Under the pieces are notes generated by a model. It ran no database searches. It was given only the letters and a program-made list of their open reading frames with translations, and had not been told where the DNA came from. Positions 52,675 to 61,045 of a DNA stretch of 64,000 bases are shown piece after piece. The position numbers and the translations under genes were made by a program. Position 1 is the first letter of the stretch. Each line of letters begins with the position of its first letter. This DNA is from Candidatus Harrisonbacteria bacterium (GTDB lineage Bacteria > Patescibacteriota > Minisyncoccia > UBA6257 > 02-FULL-45-10c), in assembly GCA_016192685.1 (NCBI GenBank), contig JACPTS010000001.1:394628-458627 (forward strand), read 5' to 3'.

Positions 52675-53349
52675 TTATTCCAAATCGCTTTTCCCGATAT
52701 TGCACTTTGAGCAAAGCGTTTGTAAATTTTCTAAAACTGTTTCTCCGCCATTTGCCCACGCCTTGATATGGTCAACATGAAGAATGATAGTCGGGTCTGT
52801 CGCGGGCGATCTCCCGCAATTTTTACATTTGAAATTATCACGCCTCATAACAATAAATCGCAACCTCCAATTTATCGTCCGTGGTGTTTTGTGTTGAGCA
52901 GGAAATTCAGCCCTCTCAATTTTCTTGATTGATTCTTCAGAAGTAGCACCTTCTTCGCTATTTACATATTCAACAAAACGCTCTAACGCTTTACGCCAGC
53001 CACCAAAACGATTTTCATAAGTCCCAACATGAAATTTTGAAAGCGGCTTCTGCACTTCTTGATAGCGAGGTTGTCGTCCAAGTTTTATCCATACTTCCTC
53101 TAAATTCTTAAACAATTCTTCTTCCGGAACATTCGGAGAAGTTCTTGTTTTTTGCAGCCCCGCTTTTTTTAATGCGTCAAACCAGCTTCCAAACCGTCGA
53201 AGTTGGGTTGTGCTGTGATATTTCCCGTTAGTATCATATTCTTCTCGCGTAACGGAATCCTTGTTGAGTTTTTTGGCAACAACTTTTAAATCCTCTATAA
53301 GAGATTCATCAGATACATTTCGGTTGTAATCGTCTAGTTCAAATTTCAT
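52675..53349 (-). CDS. HNH endonuclease with an N-terminal domain carrying a duplicated FG.W..AL motif
   Basis: C-terminal HNH motif CKNCGRS...HVDHIKAWANGGETVLENLQTLCSKCN. Internal repeats RFGSWFDALKKAG and RFGGWRKALERF. Confidence 0.75.
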   Translation of the reverse strand: MKFELDDYNRNVSDESLIEDLKVVAKKLNKDSVTREEYDTNGKYHSTTQLRRFGSWFDALKKAGLQKTRTSPNVPEEELFKNLEEVWIKLGRQPRYQEVQKPLSKFHVGTYENRFGGWRKALERFVEYVNSEEGATSEESIKKIERAEFPAQHKTPRTINWRLRFIVMRRDNFKCKNCGRSPATDPTIILHVDHIKAWANGGETVLENLQTLCSKCNIGKSDLE

Positions 53350-53353
53350 AAAA

Positions 53354-53560
53354 TTATCTTAGTAAATCTTCCATAGAAACGCCGAGGGCTTTAGCGATTT
53401 TGGCAATCATCTGAACGCCCGGCTTCGTTACAAAATCGCCCTCAATCTTGGCGAGAGTGGAGTATTTTATACCCGTCTTTTTAGCAAGGTCATCCTGCGT
53501 TATTCCTTGCTTTGCCCTTATTCTCTTTATGTTTTCTCCTATTGTTGCCATAGTATCCAA
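53354..53560 (-). CDS. XRE-family helix-turn-helix transcriptional regulator
   Basis: 68 aa: IKRIRAKQGITQDDLAKKTGIKYSTLAKIE is a canonical Cro/C1 HTH. Confidence 0.8.
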   Translation of the reverse strand: MDTMATIGENIKRIRAKQGITQDDLAKKTGIKYSTLAKIEGDFVTKPGVQMIAKIAKALGVSMEDLLR

Positions 53561-53700
53561 ATTTTGATAGTATAAAAATATGTTATACTTTTACTTGTAT
53601 GATTATCATATCTAATTTTTTGATTTTGTTCAAGAAAAGCCCGCTTTTGGCCTTCATAAAGTTCGAGTCGACATTTTTGACAGGCTCTTTGGCAGTTTGC

Positions 53701-53847
53701 CTTTCCGCTCCGGTTCAAGGCGAGGCGGGCGGAAGGGGGGTGTGGGGGGAATTCCGCCCGCCGAGCCCAGAGAGTTCCGTTCGGATATTTTCAAACAGAC
53801 ACCGCAAAAATAAAATACTCCGCTTGTTGGAGTATTTTATTTTTGCG
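53701..53847. repeat. right copy of the 149-bp terminal inverted repeat. Its outer end coincides with the 3' end of tRNA-Ser(TGA)
   Basis: See the left copy. The outer terminus ...TTTTGC sits directly against the discriminator position of the minus-strand tRNA-Ser. Confidence 0.85.
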
Positions 53848-53932
53848 GAAGCGGGAGGATTCGAACCTCCGATGCCCTTTCGGACATAACAGTTTTCAAG
53901 ACTGTCCGTTTAAACCACTCACGCACGCTTCC
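53846..53932 (-). tRNA. tRNA-Ser (anticodon TGA)
   Basis: Reverse complement: acceptor GGAAGCG/CGCTTCC, anticodon arm ACAGT-CTTGAAA-ACTGT, long variable arm, T-arm GGAGGTTCGAATCCTCC. Confidence 0.75.
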
Positions 53933-53940
53933 TTGCCGAG

Positions 53941-54011
53941 TGGACCTACGGGGAATCGAACCCCGGCCTCCTCCATGCCATGGAGGCGTAATGCCATTTT
54001 ACTATAGGCCC
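53941..54011 (-). tRNA. tRNA-Ala (anticodon GGC)
   Basis: Reverse complement: acceptor GGGCCTA/TAGGTCC with a G3:U70 alanine identity pair, anticodon arm CCTCC-ATGGCAT-GGAGG, T-arm CCGGGGTTCGATTCCCCGG. Confidence 0.65.
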
Positions 54012-54071
54012 GTCAGTATTTTATTTTAAATAAAATCTGGTAAAATTGGAAGCAGACCTTATTTTTAACAA

Positions 54072-54959
54072 TTGAAAATGAAACGATTAGTTTTATCGGC
54101 AGGTATTTTGTTATTTCCTTGGCAGGAGCTTTTTGCGGAACAAGTAAGAGTTACCATAAATAAAAAAACAGTTTATCAATCAGAAGTTTTAAAAATCCAG
54201 CTGATTCAAAAAAGCACTGCCCCGTTTTCAGTTAATTTTCTAGGGAGAAAACACGAATCTTTTTTAATGGGGCGGCGCCAAACAGTTTTACTCGGAATTG
54301 ATTATCAATTAAAGCTAGGCACTTACAGCATTACCGGAGTTTTAAAAGAAGCTGATAATTTTTATTTCCCGATTTATTATAAAATTACAGTCAGGGAAAA
54401 ATTCCCGAAATTGAAATATGTTCCTCCTAAGCGGTCGGAAAAAGAGCAGGCGCGGATTAATAAAGAAACGGAAGAGAAAAGAGCCGTTCTGGAACGGATA
54501 GATTACCAGCCGGATTCAATGGGGCATTTTGCGCGGCCAGTCCATCCGGCTGTTGTTAATGCCAATTTTGGAGAAAAGCGATGCCGTGACCGTACTTTGT
54601 GGAGGCGATTTAATTGCCGTTATCATCTGGGGATTGATTATCGGGCGGCTTTTGATTTTTTCCATCAGCGGCCGGAACCGATCCGGGCAATCAATAATGG
54701 CAGAGTTGTTTTGACCGAGAGCCGCATTGTTGACGGCAAGACGGTTGTTATTGACCATGGGTATGGAATTTCTTCCGAATATCTGCACCTTTCAAAATTT
54801 TCAGTAAAAATTGGCGAAATTGTTAAGCGTGGGCAAATTATCGGCATTGCCGGCAAGACTGGGGCAACCGAAGCGATTCATTTGCACCTCACGATTAAAA
54901 TGGATAATGGAAAAACTATAGTTGACCCGGAAAGTTTTTTCCAGGCAGTCAGTAAATAA
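54072..54959 (+). CDS. M23-family metallopeptidase (peptidoglycan endopeptidase-like)
   Basis: HxxxD (IDHGYGISSEY) and HxH (AIHLHLTI) zinc motifs. N-terminal signal/TM. Confidence 0.75.
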   Translation: MKMKRLVLSAGILLFPWQELFAEQVRVTINKKTVYQSEVLKIQLIQKSTAPFSVNFLGRKHESFLMGRRQTVLLGIDYQLKLGTYSITGVLKEADNFYFPIYYKITVREKFPKLKYVPPKRSEKEQARINKETEEKRAVLERIDYQPDSMGHFARPVHPAVVNANFGEKRCRDRTLWRRFNCRYHLGIDYRAAFDFFHQRPEPIRAINNGRVVLTESRIVDGKTVVIDHGYGISSEYLHLSKFSVKIGEIVKRGQIIGIAGKTGATEAIHLHLTIKMDNGKTIVDPESFFQAVSK

Positions 54960-55058
54960 TTATTCAAATTGCTCCTTCTCGGGGCATTTTTATTGCCATT
55001 TAGTTTTAAATGGAGTAGAGTTTGGGATAGGAAATTGTCAACTGTATAGGATAAGGGG

Positions 55059-55628
55059 ATGAAGAAAGTTTTTGCTTGGCTGTGGGATAATTTTAAGTTA
55101 GGCGTAACTCCGTTGATTCTTCTGATTATTATATGGATCGCTATTGCCTGGTTATCGCCCTTGGTGTTGCGTTGGGGATCGCTGCTGTTAAAATTTCACA
55201 TTGTTAATCTGGTTGCGGTGGACGTTTCATTGAATTTGCTTATTCTTTCCTTAGCCATTATGATTTTCGGCTACCTTAGAAAACTGGAATGGTTCCAAAA
55301 ATTTATTTGTATTTTTTTAAAAGTACCGATTGTTGGGCTGCCCATTTATAAGGTTTTATCGGTTAAGCCGTTTATTTTAGTAGAAGTAAGAACTGTTTGG
55401 GGGCCGACTCCAGAAGAAAGTTGTTGGGAGTATGCTATTTTGTTGGGAGAGGAGGAAGAGGAGTTGCCGGATAGAAAATTAATTTGGTATCGCGCGCATA
55501 CCTTGGGAATGGGTTCAGGAAAATTATTTTCCCGAGTCGGACGATTGAATATCCGTTTTTTGTCCAAGAAAGAACAAAAACGCGCTTGGCTGTTAGTAAT
55601 GACAATGGGATTTTATGATTCTAATTGA
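55059..55628 (+). CDS. hypothetical membrane protein
   Basis: 189-aa ORF with 2-3 TM helices, followed by a terminator. Confidence 0.45.
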   Translation: MKKVFAWLWDNFKLGVTPLILLIIIWIAIAWLSPLVLRWGSLLLKFHIVNLVAVDVSLNLLILSLAIMIFGYLRKLEWFQKFICIFLKVPIVGLPIYKVLSVKPFILVEVRTVWGPTPEESCWEYAILLGEEEEELPDRKLIWYRAHTLGMGSGKLFSRVGRLNIRFLSKKEQKRAWLLVMTMGFYDSN

Positions 55629-55633
55629 CGATA

Positions 55634-55663
55634 AAAAGTCCGCTAGTTGAAGCGGACTTTTTC
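55634..55663 (+). terminator. rho-independent terminator
   Basis: AAAAAGTCCGCtagttgaaGCGGACTTTTT. Confidence 0.75.
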
Positions 55664-55667
55664 TTGT

Positions 55668-55738
55668 CTCCTCAGAGGGAATTGAACCCCCATCTTTCCC
55701 TTAGGACGGGATTGCTCTATCCGTTGAGCTATGAGGAG
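55668..55738 (-). tRNA. tRNA-Arg (anticodon CCT), somewhat atypical anticodon loop
   Basis: Reverse complement: acceptor CTCCTCA/TGAGGAG, D-arm GCTCAACGGATAGAGC, anticodon region ATCCC-GTCCTAA-GGGAA, T-arm GGGGGTTCAATTCCCTC. Confidence 0.55.
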
Positions 55739-56169
55739 TATTTTTATAATTTAACCCAAGATAAAGTTATTCACAATTGGCAGTTTTACATTCCCCACCC
55801 TAAATTTGCTATACTAATGATTAGCGTGTTTATAAAAGGGTTGTTTATCTTTTGTGCGTTGTTTTTGAATTTTATTGTGAGGATAAAATTTTATTAATAA
55901 TAAATTTAAGATAAAACTGATTAGTTGAGTAACCCAATTGATTTTTTAGAAAAAATCAGGTGGCAGGCGAATTTCATTAAATTTTATTTTTTTGTTTCCC
56001 TCGCACGAGAATTTTTTCGTGAAAAATCAATTGGCAGTGCATTGGCTGGTTAGTTTGGAAAATATTGCGGCTATTCCGAATTCGGAGCTGAAATATTTGC
56101 CAACCCTTTTATAAGCGTGATAATATTTTAGTTCAAAGGTCGCGATTCTTACTTCAAATTTTAAAAAAT

Positions 56170-56418
56170 ATGGCGAATAGCGCATTTATGAAACCATTGA
56201 AGGTTAGTTCGGATTTAGCGGCGGTGGTCGGCAACGGGCCGATGCCTCGCAGTGAAGTCGTCAAAAAGCTTTGGGTGTATATTAAAAAGAACGGCCTTCA
56301 GGACTCCAAAAATAGGCGGAATATCAATGCTGACGCGAATTTAAAGAAAGTTTTTGGCGGAAAGTCGGTTGTTAATATGTTTGAGATGACCAAGTTAGTT
56401 TCTAAACACCTTTCTTAG
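56170..56418 (+). CDS. SWIB/MDM2 domain protein
   Basis: 82-aa ORF. MKPLKVSSDLAAVVGNGPMPRSEVVKKLWVYIKKNGLQD...MFEMTKLVSKHL matches the SWIB domain pattern. Confidence 0.7.
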   Translation: MANSAFMKPLKVSSDLAAVVGNGPMPRSEVVKKLWVYIKKNGLQDSKNRRNINADANLKKVFGGKSVVNMFEMTKLVSKHLS

Positions 56419-56524
56419 AAATTGATTTTTAATGGGGAACCGTTATATACTCAATTTATTAAGAGAAAGGTCGTAATGAATAGTTGAAAGTTATTAAAGT
56501 TCATAAAGTTTATAAACTAAAACT

Positions 56525-56683
56525 ATGGAAGGTTATTGCGTAAAGTGTAAAGAAAAAAGAGAAATGGACAATGCCAAGGAAGTTACCATGAAAGGCAAGG
56601 GCGGTAAGACCAGAATGGCCATGACCGGTACTTGTCCGAAGTGCGGCACTAAGATGTTCCGCATTATGGGGAATAAGAAGTAA
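56525..56683 (+). CDS. small zinc-ribbon protein (52 aa; below the ORF-track length cutoff)
   Basis: MEGYCVKCKEKREMDNAKEVTMKGKGGKTRMAMTGTCPKCGTKMFRIMGNKK. Two CxxC pairs. Followed by a strong terminator. Confidence 0.5.
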   Translation: MEGYCVKCKEKREMDNAKEVTMKGKGGKTRMAMTGTCPKCGTKMFRIMGNKK

Positions 56684-56713
56684 GACTTATAGATCTATAA
56701 ATCTTAAAAAACA

Positions 56714-56748
56714 AAAAATCCGCCTGCTAGCTATAGGGCGGATTTTTT
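56714..56748 (+). terminator. rho-independent terminator
   Basis: AAAAATCCGCCCtgctagctataGGGCGGATTTTTT. Confidence 0.75.
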
Positions 56749-56765
56749 GTTATCTTAATAAAGTT

Positions 56766-56852
56766 GGAAGGTTCGCATAGTGGTCTATTGCGCCGCATTC
56801 GAAATGCGGTTGGGGAGAAATCCCCTCGGAGGTTCGAATCCTCCACCTTCCG
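56766..56852 (+). tRNA. tRNA-Ser (anticodon CGA)
   Basis: Acceptor GGAAGGT/ACCTTCC, anticodon arm CCGCA-TTCGAAA-TGCGG, long variable arm, T-arm GGAGGTTCGAATCCTCC. Confidence 0.75.
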
Positions 56853-56854
56853 CA

Positions 56855-57225
56855 AATTTAAAAATCTCCAATTGGAGATTTTTAAATTTTCTGGAGGATT
56901 CGAACGGGAAGGGGTCGGGAAACGGGAGTTTCCCGTGTAGGAAGGCAGCCCGCTACGCTATAGCGTAGCGGGCGTCGGAAAACCGAGGGTTTCCGAGCTT
57001 CGTAACTCCTCCACCTTCCGCAAAGTTATTTTACCCGCCTTCGCAGAAAGCCCCGAGCTTTAGCCCGGGGATGAATGCGAACAAGGGTAATCCGCCGTAG
57101 CTTTAGCGAAGGAGGATACGCTTCGGTGGGTTTCGCCGAAGTATAATGGAGAAGCCACGGCTTTTAAGCCGTGGAGCTTCACTTGTCTTAAGCTCAAATT
57201 TTAAATATACTGGTTATGGTTTCTT
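56855..57225. other. GC-rich palindrome-dense element carrying an 18-nt direct duplicate and an inverted copy of the tRNA-Ser(CGA) 3' end
   Basis: TGGAGGATTCGAAC (inverted T-arm) at 56881. The perfect palindrome GCCCGCTACGCTATAGCGTAGCGGGC. TCCTCCACCTTCCGCAAA repeated at 56997-57014. Further hairpins continue to the guaB SD. Confidence 0.5.
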
Positions 57226-57241
57226 GAAAAGGAGAAAGAGA

Positions 57242-58693
57242 ATGAATTTGGAAGCAGCGGTAAGGCGATATTTTAAGACAAAGGGTTTGCCGTTGCAGCC
57301 GGCGCTTACTTTTGCCGATGTGGCGATTAAGGATAATTTTTCCGCCATTGATAGCCGGTCAGATATTAAGAATTTGAAAATCCGGCTGGCGGGGGAGATT
57401 TGTTTGAATATGCCGATTGTTTCGGCGAATATGGATACCGTGACTGATTCCAGGATGGCTATTGCTTTAGCGCGCCTGGGCGGTCTGGGTTTTATCCATC
57501 AATTTTTTTCTTTGGAAGAAAGAATTAAAGAGGTGGCGAAGGTAAAGCGGGCGGATAACGCTTTAATTGAGGATCCGGTAACTATTTTGAATACCGCCAC
57601 TCTTGGTGAAGCGAAAGAGCGCATGGCCGAATATAAAATTTCCAGTATTTTAGTGGTGGATGAGTTTAGTCGGCTTTGGGGAATTTTGACTTCCAGAGAT
57701 TATCGGTTTCAGTATGACGATGGGCTTTTGATAGAAAAAATTATGAGTTGGATGCCGCTGGTTATTGCCGCGCCGAATATTACCAGAGACGAGGCGTTAA
57801 AGATTATGGATAAAGAAAGGATTGAAAAATTGCCGCTGATTGACAATCGCGGCTTGCTGAAAGGATTGATCACCTCTAAAGATATTTTGAAGGAAAAAGA
57901 ATTTTTGCAAGCGGTGCGCGATCGGCGGGGGAAATTGATGGTTGGCGCGGCAGTTCAGCTTAACGCGGATTATCTTGCTGAGGCCGAACAGCTTTTAAAA
58001 GCCGGAACCGACGTGATTCTTTTGGATGTCGCCCGGGCTAATGCAAAAAGAGTAAAAGAAGCGGTTCAAAAAATTAAAAGCCGATTTCCTAAAGCGCCGC
58101 TGGTGGTTGGAAACATTGATACCCCGGAAGCGGCTTTGATGCTGATTCAGGCGGGCGCCGATTGTCTGAAGGTTGGAGTTGGCCCGGGTTCAGCTTGTAA
58201 AACCAGGGAAACAACCGGTGTTGGGTTGCCGCAATTGATGGCCGTGGTTTCCTGCGCGGCGGTTGCCAAAAAATACGGCGTTTCTCTTATTGCTGACGGC
58301 GGAATTCGCAGCGGAGCGAATCTGGCAAAAGCGTTTGTTGCCGGAGCGGACGCCGTTATGATCGGCAGCCTATTTGCCGGAACTGACGAGTCTCCCGGCG
58401 AGATATTTCAGGATGAAGGAAGGCGTTGGAAAATGTATCGCGGTTCAGCTTCTGCCGAACATCAGTTTGACCGAATGGAATCAGGGAGCCTTGATGGCAT
58501 GCGGACGCCGGAAGGAGTGCCAAGGCGCATTCCATACACCGGTCTTGTTAAATCGGTGGTGGAGGAATTGCTTGGCGGGCTTCGGTCTTCAATGAGTTAT
58601 GTTGGCGCTCATGATTTGAATGAATTTTGGAAATTGGGAAAGTTTGTCTGGCAAAGCCGCTCTGGTTATGAAGAGGGTAAGCCGCAAAGTTAA
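57242..58693 (+). CDS. guaB: inosine-5'-monophosphate dehydrogenase
   Basis: IMPDH catalytic loop GVGPGSACKTRETTGVGLPQ, a CBS pair and GGIRSGANLAKA. Start chosen at MNLEAAV after the SD AAAGGAGAAAG (the ORF track begins 96 nt earlier). Confidence 0.85.
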   Translation: MNLEAAVRRYFKTKGLPLQPALTFADVAIKDNFSAIDSRSDIKNLKIRLAGEICLNMPIVSANMDTVTDSRMAIALARLGGLGFIHQFFSLEERIKEVAKVKRADNALIEDPVTILNTATLGEAKERMAEYKISSILVVDEFSRLWGILTSRDYRFQYDDGLLIEKIMSWMPLVIAAPNITRDEALKIMDKERIEKLPLIDNRGLLKGLITSKDILKEKEFLQAVRDRRGKLMVGAAVQLNADYLAEAEQLLKAGTDVILLDVARANAKRVKEAVQKIKSRFPKAPLVVGNIDTPEAALMLIQAGADCLKVGVGPGSACKTRETTGVGLPQLMAVVSCAAVAKKYGVSLIADGGIRSGANLAKAFVAGADAVMIGSLFAGTDESPGEIFQDEGRRWKMYRGSASAEHQFDRMESGSLDGMRTPEGVPRRIPYTGLVKSVVEELLGGLRSSMSYVGAHDLNEFWKLGKFVWQSRSGYEEGKPQS

Positions 58694-58751
58694 ATTTAAA
58701 TCTGCCCTAGTGGCGGATTTTTTTATTTTCGTTTAGCATAAATATTATTCA

Positions 58752-58822
58752 GGGCCATTAGCTTAGTGGCAGAGCACCCGGTTTGCATCCGGGAGATGGG
58801 GGTCCGATTCCCCCATGGTCCA
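58752..58822 (+). tRNA. tRNA-Ala (anticodon TGC)
   Basis: Acceptor GGGCCAT/ATGGTCC with G3:U70, anticodon arm CCCGG-TTTGCAT-CCGGG, T-arm GGGGGTCCGATTCCCCC. Confidence 0.8.
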
Positions 58823-58859
58823 CAACTATTTATTACTTTGTTCTGTTATAAATTAATAT

Positions 58860-59810
58860 ATGCCTAAAACGATATTAGTAACCGGTTGCGCCGGATTTAT
58901 CGGCAGTAATTTTGTAAAGCAGTTTAAGAAAGAGTTTCCTAAAATTAGGATTGTCGGGATTGATGATTTTTCCACTGGGCGTCGAAAAGCCCTGGATAAA
59001 ACCGTCACTTTTTATAAAGGTTCAATTTTAGATGAAAAATTATTAGAAAAAATTTTTAAAAAGCATAAGCCGGAATATGTTTTTCATTTCGCGGCCTTGC
59101 CAAGGGTTTCTTATTCCCTGGAACAGCCGTATCAAACCACGCTGGTGAATATAGGGGGAGTGGTCGCTCTTTTGGAAAAATCAAATAAGCATGGGATTAA
59201 AAGATTCATTTATTCCGCTTCGTCCGCGGCTTACGGCGGCGCGAGAATATTGCCCACTAAGGAATCGGAAAATCTTCCGAATCCGAAATCGCCGTACGCT
59301 TTGCAAAAATATGTCGGAGAATCTTTTTGCGAAATTTTCAGCGGTTTATACGGGCTGGATACGGTTTGCCTACGCTATTTTAATGTTTTCGGTCCGGGAC
59401 AATATGGTGATTCGCCTTATTCTACGGTAATTTCCGCCTGGCTGGAAGTATTGTATTTTCCAAAAAAGAAACCGGCTTTTCTGGAGGGCGACGGCAAACA
59501 ATCCAGAGATTTTTGTTACGTTGATAACGTAGTTCAAGCGAATATTTTAGCAATGAAATGTAAAAATAAATTCAATGGCGAGGTATTTAATATCGCGCAC
59601 GGCGAGCGGACCGCTGTCGCGGAAGTTAAAAGATTAATTGAAAAATACACCGGCAAGAATTTGTTTTTAGAAAAGCGTCCGGCGCGGCTTGGGGACGTGC
59701 GGCATACGCACGCCGATATTTCCAAGGCCCGGAAATGGTTTGGTTATAATCCGAAAATAAAATTTAAAGAAGGGCTTCGGCGCACGATTCAATGGTTTCA
59801 GGCGCGTTGA
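58860..59810 (+). CDS. NAD-dependent epimerase/dehydratase (UDP-sugar 4-epimerase-like SDR)
   Basis: Rossmann motif ILVTGCAGFIGSNF. Catalytic YxxxK (PYALQKYVGE). Confidence 0.8.
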   Translation: MPKTILVTGCAGFIGSNFVKQFKKEFPKIRIVGIDDFSTGRRKALDKTVTFYKGSILDEKLLEKIFKKHKPEYVFHFAALPRVSYSLEQPYQTTLVNIGGVVALLEKSNKHGIKRFIYSASSAAYGGARILPTKESENLPNPKSPYALQKYVGESFCEIFSGLYGLDTVCLRYFNVFGPGQYGDSPYSTVISAWLEVLYFPKKKPAFLEGDGKQSRDFCYVDNVVQANILAMKCKNKFNGEVFNIAHGERTAVAEVKRLIEKYTGKNLFLEKRPARLGDVRHTHADISKARKWFGYNPKIKFKEGLRRTIQWFQAR

Positions 59811-59837
59811 TATTGATGGCTCCCGCAGGAAAAAGAA

Positions 59838-59872
59838 AAGCCCTCCGATGTCACATCGGAGGGCTTTGGATT
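59838..59872. terminator. bidirectional rho-independent terminator between convergent genes
   Basis: AAAGCCCTCCGATGtcaCATCGGAGGGCTTT flanked by A/T runs. Confidence 0.7.
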
Positions 59873-60223
59873 TTAATTGAAAAACGCGGATTTAATCAGC
59901 GCTTCTCGGCATTCAAAACAGTCTGGCAATCCGGGTTTAACTTGCGGTTTTGATTTTTCATTTTTGTGATTCAGGCAACGAAATTTTAGTTTGCGTATCT
60001 CTGTTTCTTTGGATAAGCGGCAATCAATCGGCGTTTCTTTCAGAAAATAAGAATCCGCGGAAGCGAAAACCAGAATTGAATCCAGCGGCGCGTCGGTTCG
60101 CTCTTTGTAATCATGGATTGCCGCGGCGATTGCCGGTTTTGATTTTTCCATAAATGCCAGGGCATTGATTCTATACCCGCCTTGAGTATGAGCCACATAG
60201 AACACCCGATTTTTTAATTTCAT
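59873..60223 (-). CDS. hypothetical protein
   Basis: 116-aa ORF with a C-terminal CxxC pair. No confident family assignment. Confidence 0.4.
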   Translation of the reverse strand: MKLKNRVFYVAHTQGGYRINALAFMEKSKPAIAAAIHDYKERTDAPLDSILVFASADSYFLKETPIDCRLSKETEIRKLKFRCLNHKNEKSKPQVKPGLPDCFECREALIKSAFFN

Positions 60224-60274
60224 TTTCTCCCCTTTGAAGTTTTAAACGAACAGCAGTTTTATATTATAGCATAT

Positions 60275-60997
60275 TTATTTGGTTTTTGCAATGACCAGGG
60301 CGACAATTTTTTTAGCGCCGGCGGTCCGCAGAGTTTTTACCGCTTCATTGACGGTGGCTCCGGAAGTGTAGACATCGTCAACTAAAATTATATTTTTATT
60401 TTTGAGATATTCGGCATTTTCAATTTTAAAAGCGCCAGTCAGATTATTTTTCCTTTCATCCCAATTTTTCAGTTCAGTTTGGGATTTAGTTTCTTTATTC
60501 CTGATTAAAATTCCTTTTGCTAAGGGCAGATTATATTTTTCGGAAATTATTTTTCCGATCAGTTCGGCCTGGTTGAATCCGCGTTCCCGTTCGCGGTTTT
60601 TATGAAGAGGAATCGGGATTACTAGATAATTTTTCAATTTAGCCTTGTCTAATTTCAAATTTTTTAAATAAATTTTTAAAAGATAGCCAATCGGATTTTT
60701 CAATCGGCTCCAGGATTTATATTTGAGACGGCGAATGATATTTTTAACGGCGCCATCATAGTCAGCGGCCGCTCCGAGCAAGTAAGCGGAGTTCTGGTGG
60801 CAGGTTTTTTTATTTTCCGGAAGTCGGGCGCGGCAGGTGGGGCAAAAAAGAGTGGTATGAATAATGATTTTTGACAGGCATAAATCGCAGATTCCGTTAT
60901 TTTTTTCTGCTTTAACAAGGGAATTTTCGCAATTCAGGCAAATCGGCGGGAAAAGGATATCTAACGCCAACTCTTTCAGTTTAATGAGATTAGACAT
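60275..60997 (-). CDS. comFC: ComF-family competence protein (phosphoribosyltransferase-like, ComFC)
   Basis: N-terminal zinc-finger CLNC...C..C and a C-terminal PRTase motif ILVDDVYTSGATVNEA. Confidence 0.7.
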   Translation of the reverse strand: MSNLIKLKELALDILFPPICLNCENSLVKAEKNNGICDLCLSKIIIHTTLFCPTCRARLPENKKTCHQNSAYLLGAAADYDGAVKNIIRRLKYKSWSRLKNPIGYLLKIYLKNLKLDKAKLKNYLVIPIPLHKNRERERGFNQAELIGKIISEKYNLPLAKGILIRNKETKSQTELKNWDERKNNLTGAFKIENAEYLKNKNIILVDDVYTSGATVNEAVKTLRTAGAKKIVALVIAKTK

Positions 60998-61045
60998 TGC
61001 TGGTATAATAAAGATAGCTGAAAAAATAAGCAATTATTTTATATT

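Noticed and set aside
53599-53889. 96-aa plus-strand ORF, and the first 41 codons of the ATPase ORF (to 52055), both containing WGEFRPPSPESSVRIFSNRHRKNKILRLLEYFIF
   Set aside because: The identical peptide arises because both ORFs read through the two copies of the 149-bp inverted repeat. It reflects the repeat, not a protein family.
56881-57014. Possible additional tRNA, or a tmRNA tRNA-like domain, suggested by GGAGGATTCGAAC and CCACCTTCCGCA
   Set aside because: No acceptor stem or anticodon arm can be formed. The segments are an inverted and a direct partial copy of the neighbouring tRNA-Ser 3' end. tmRNA hallmark motifs are absent.
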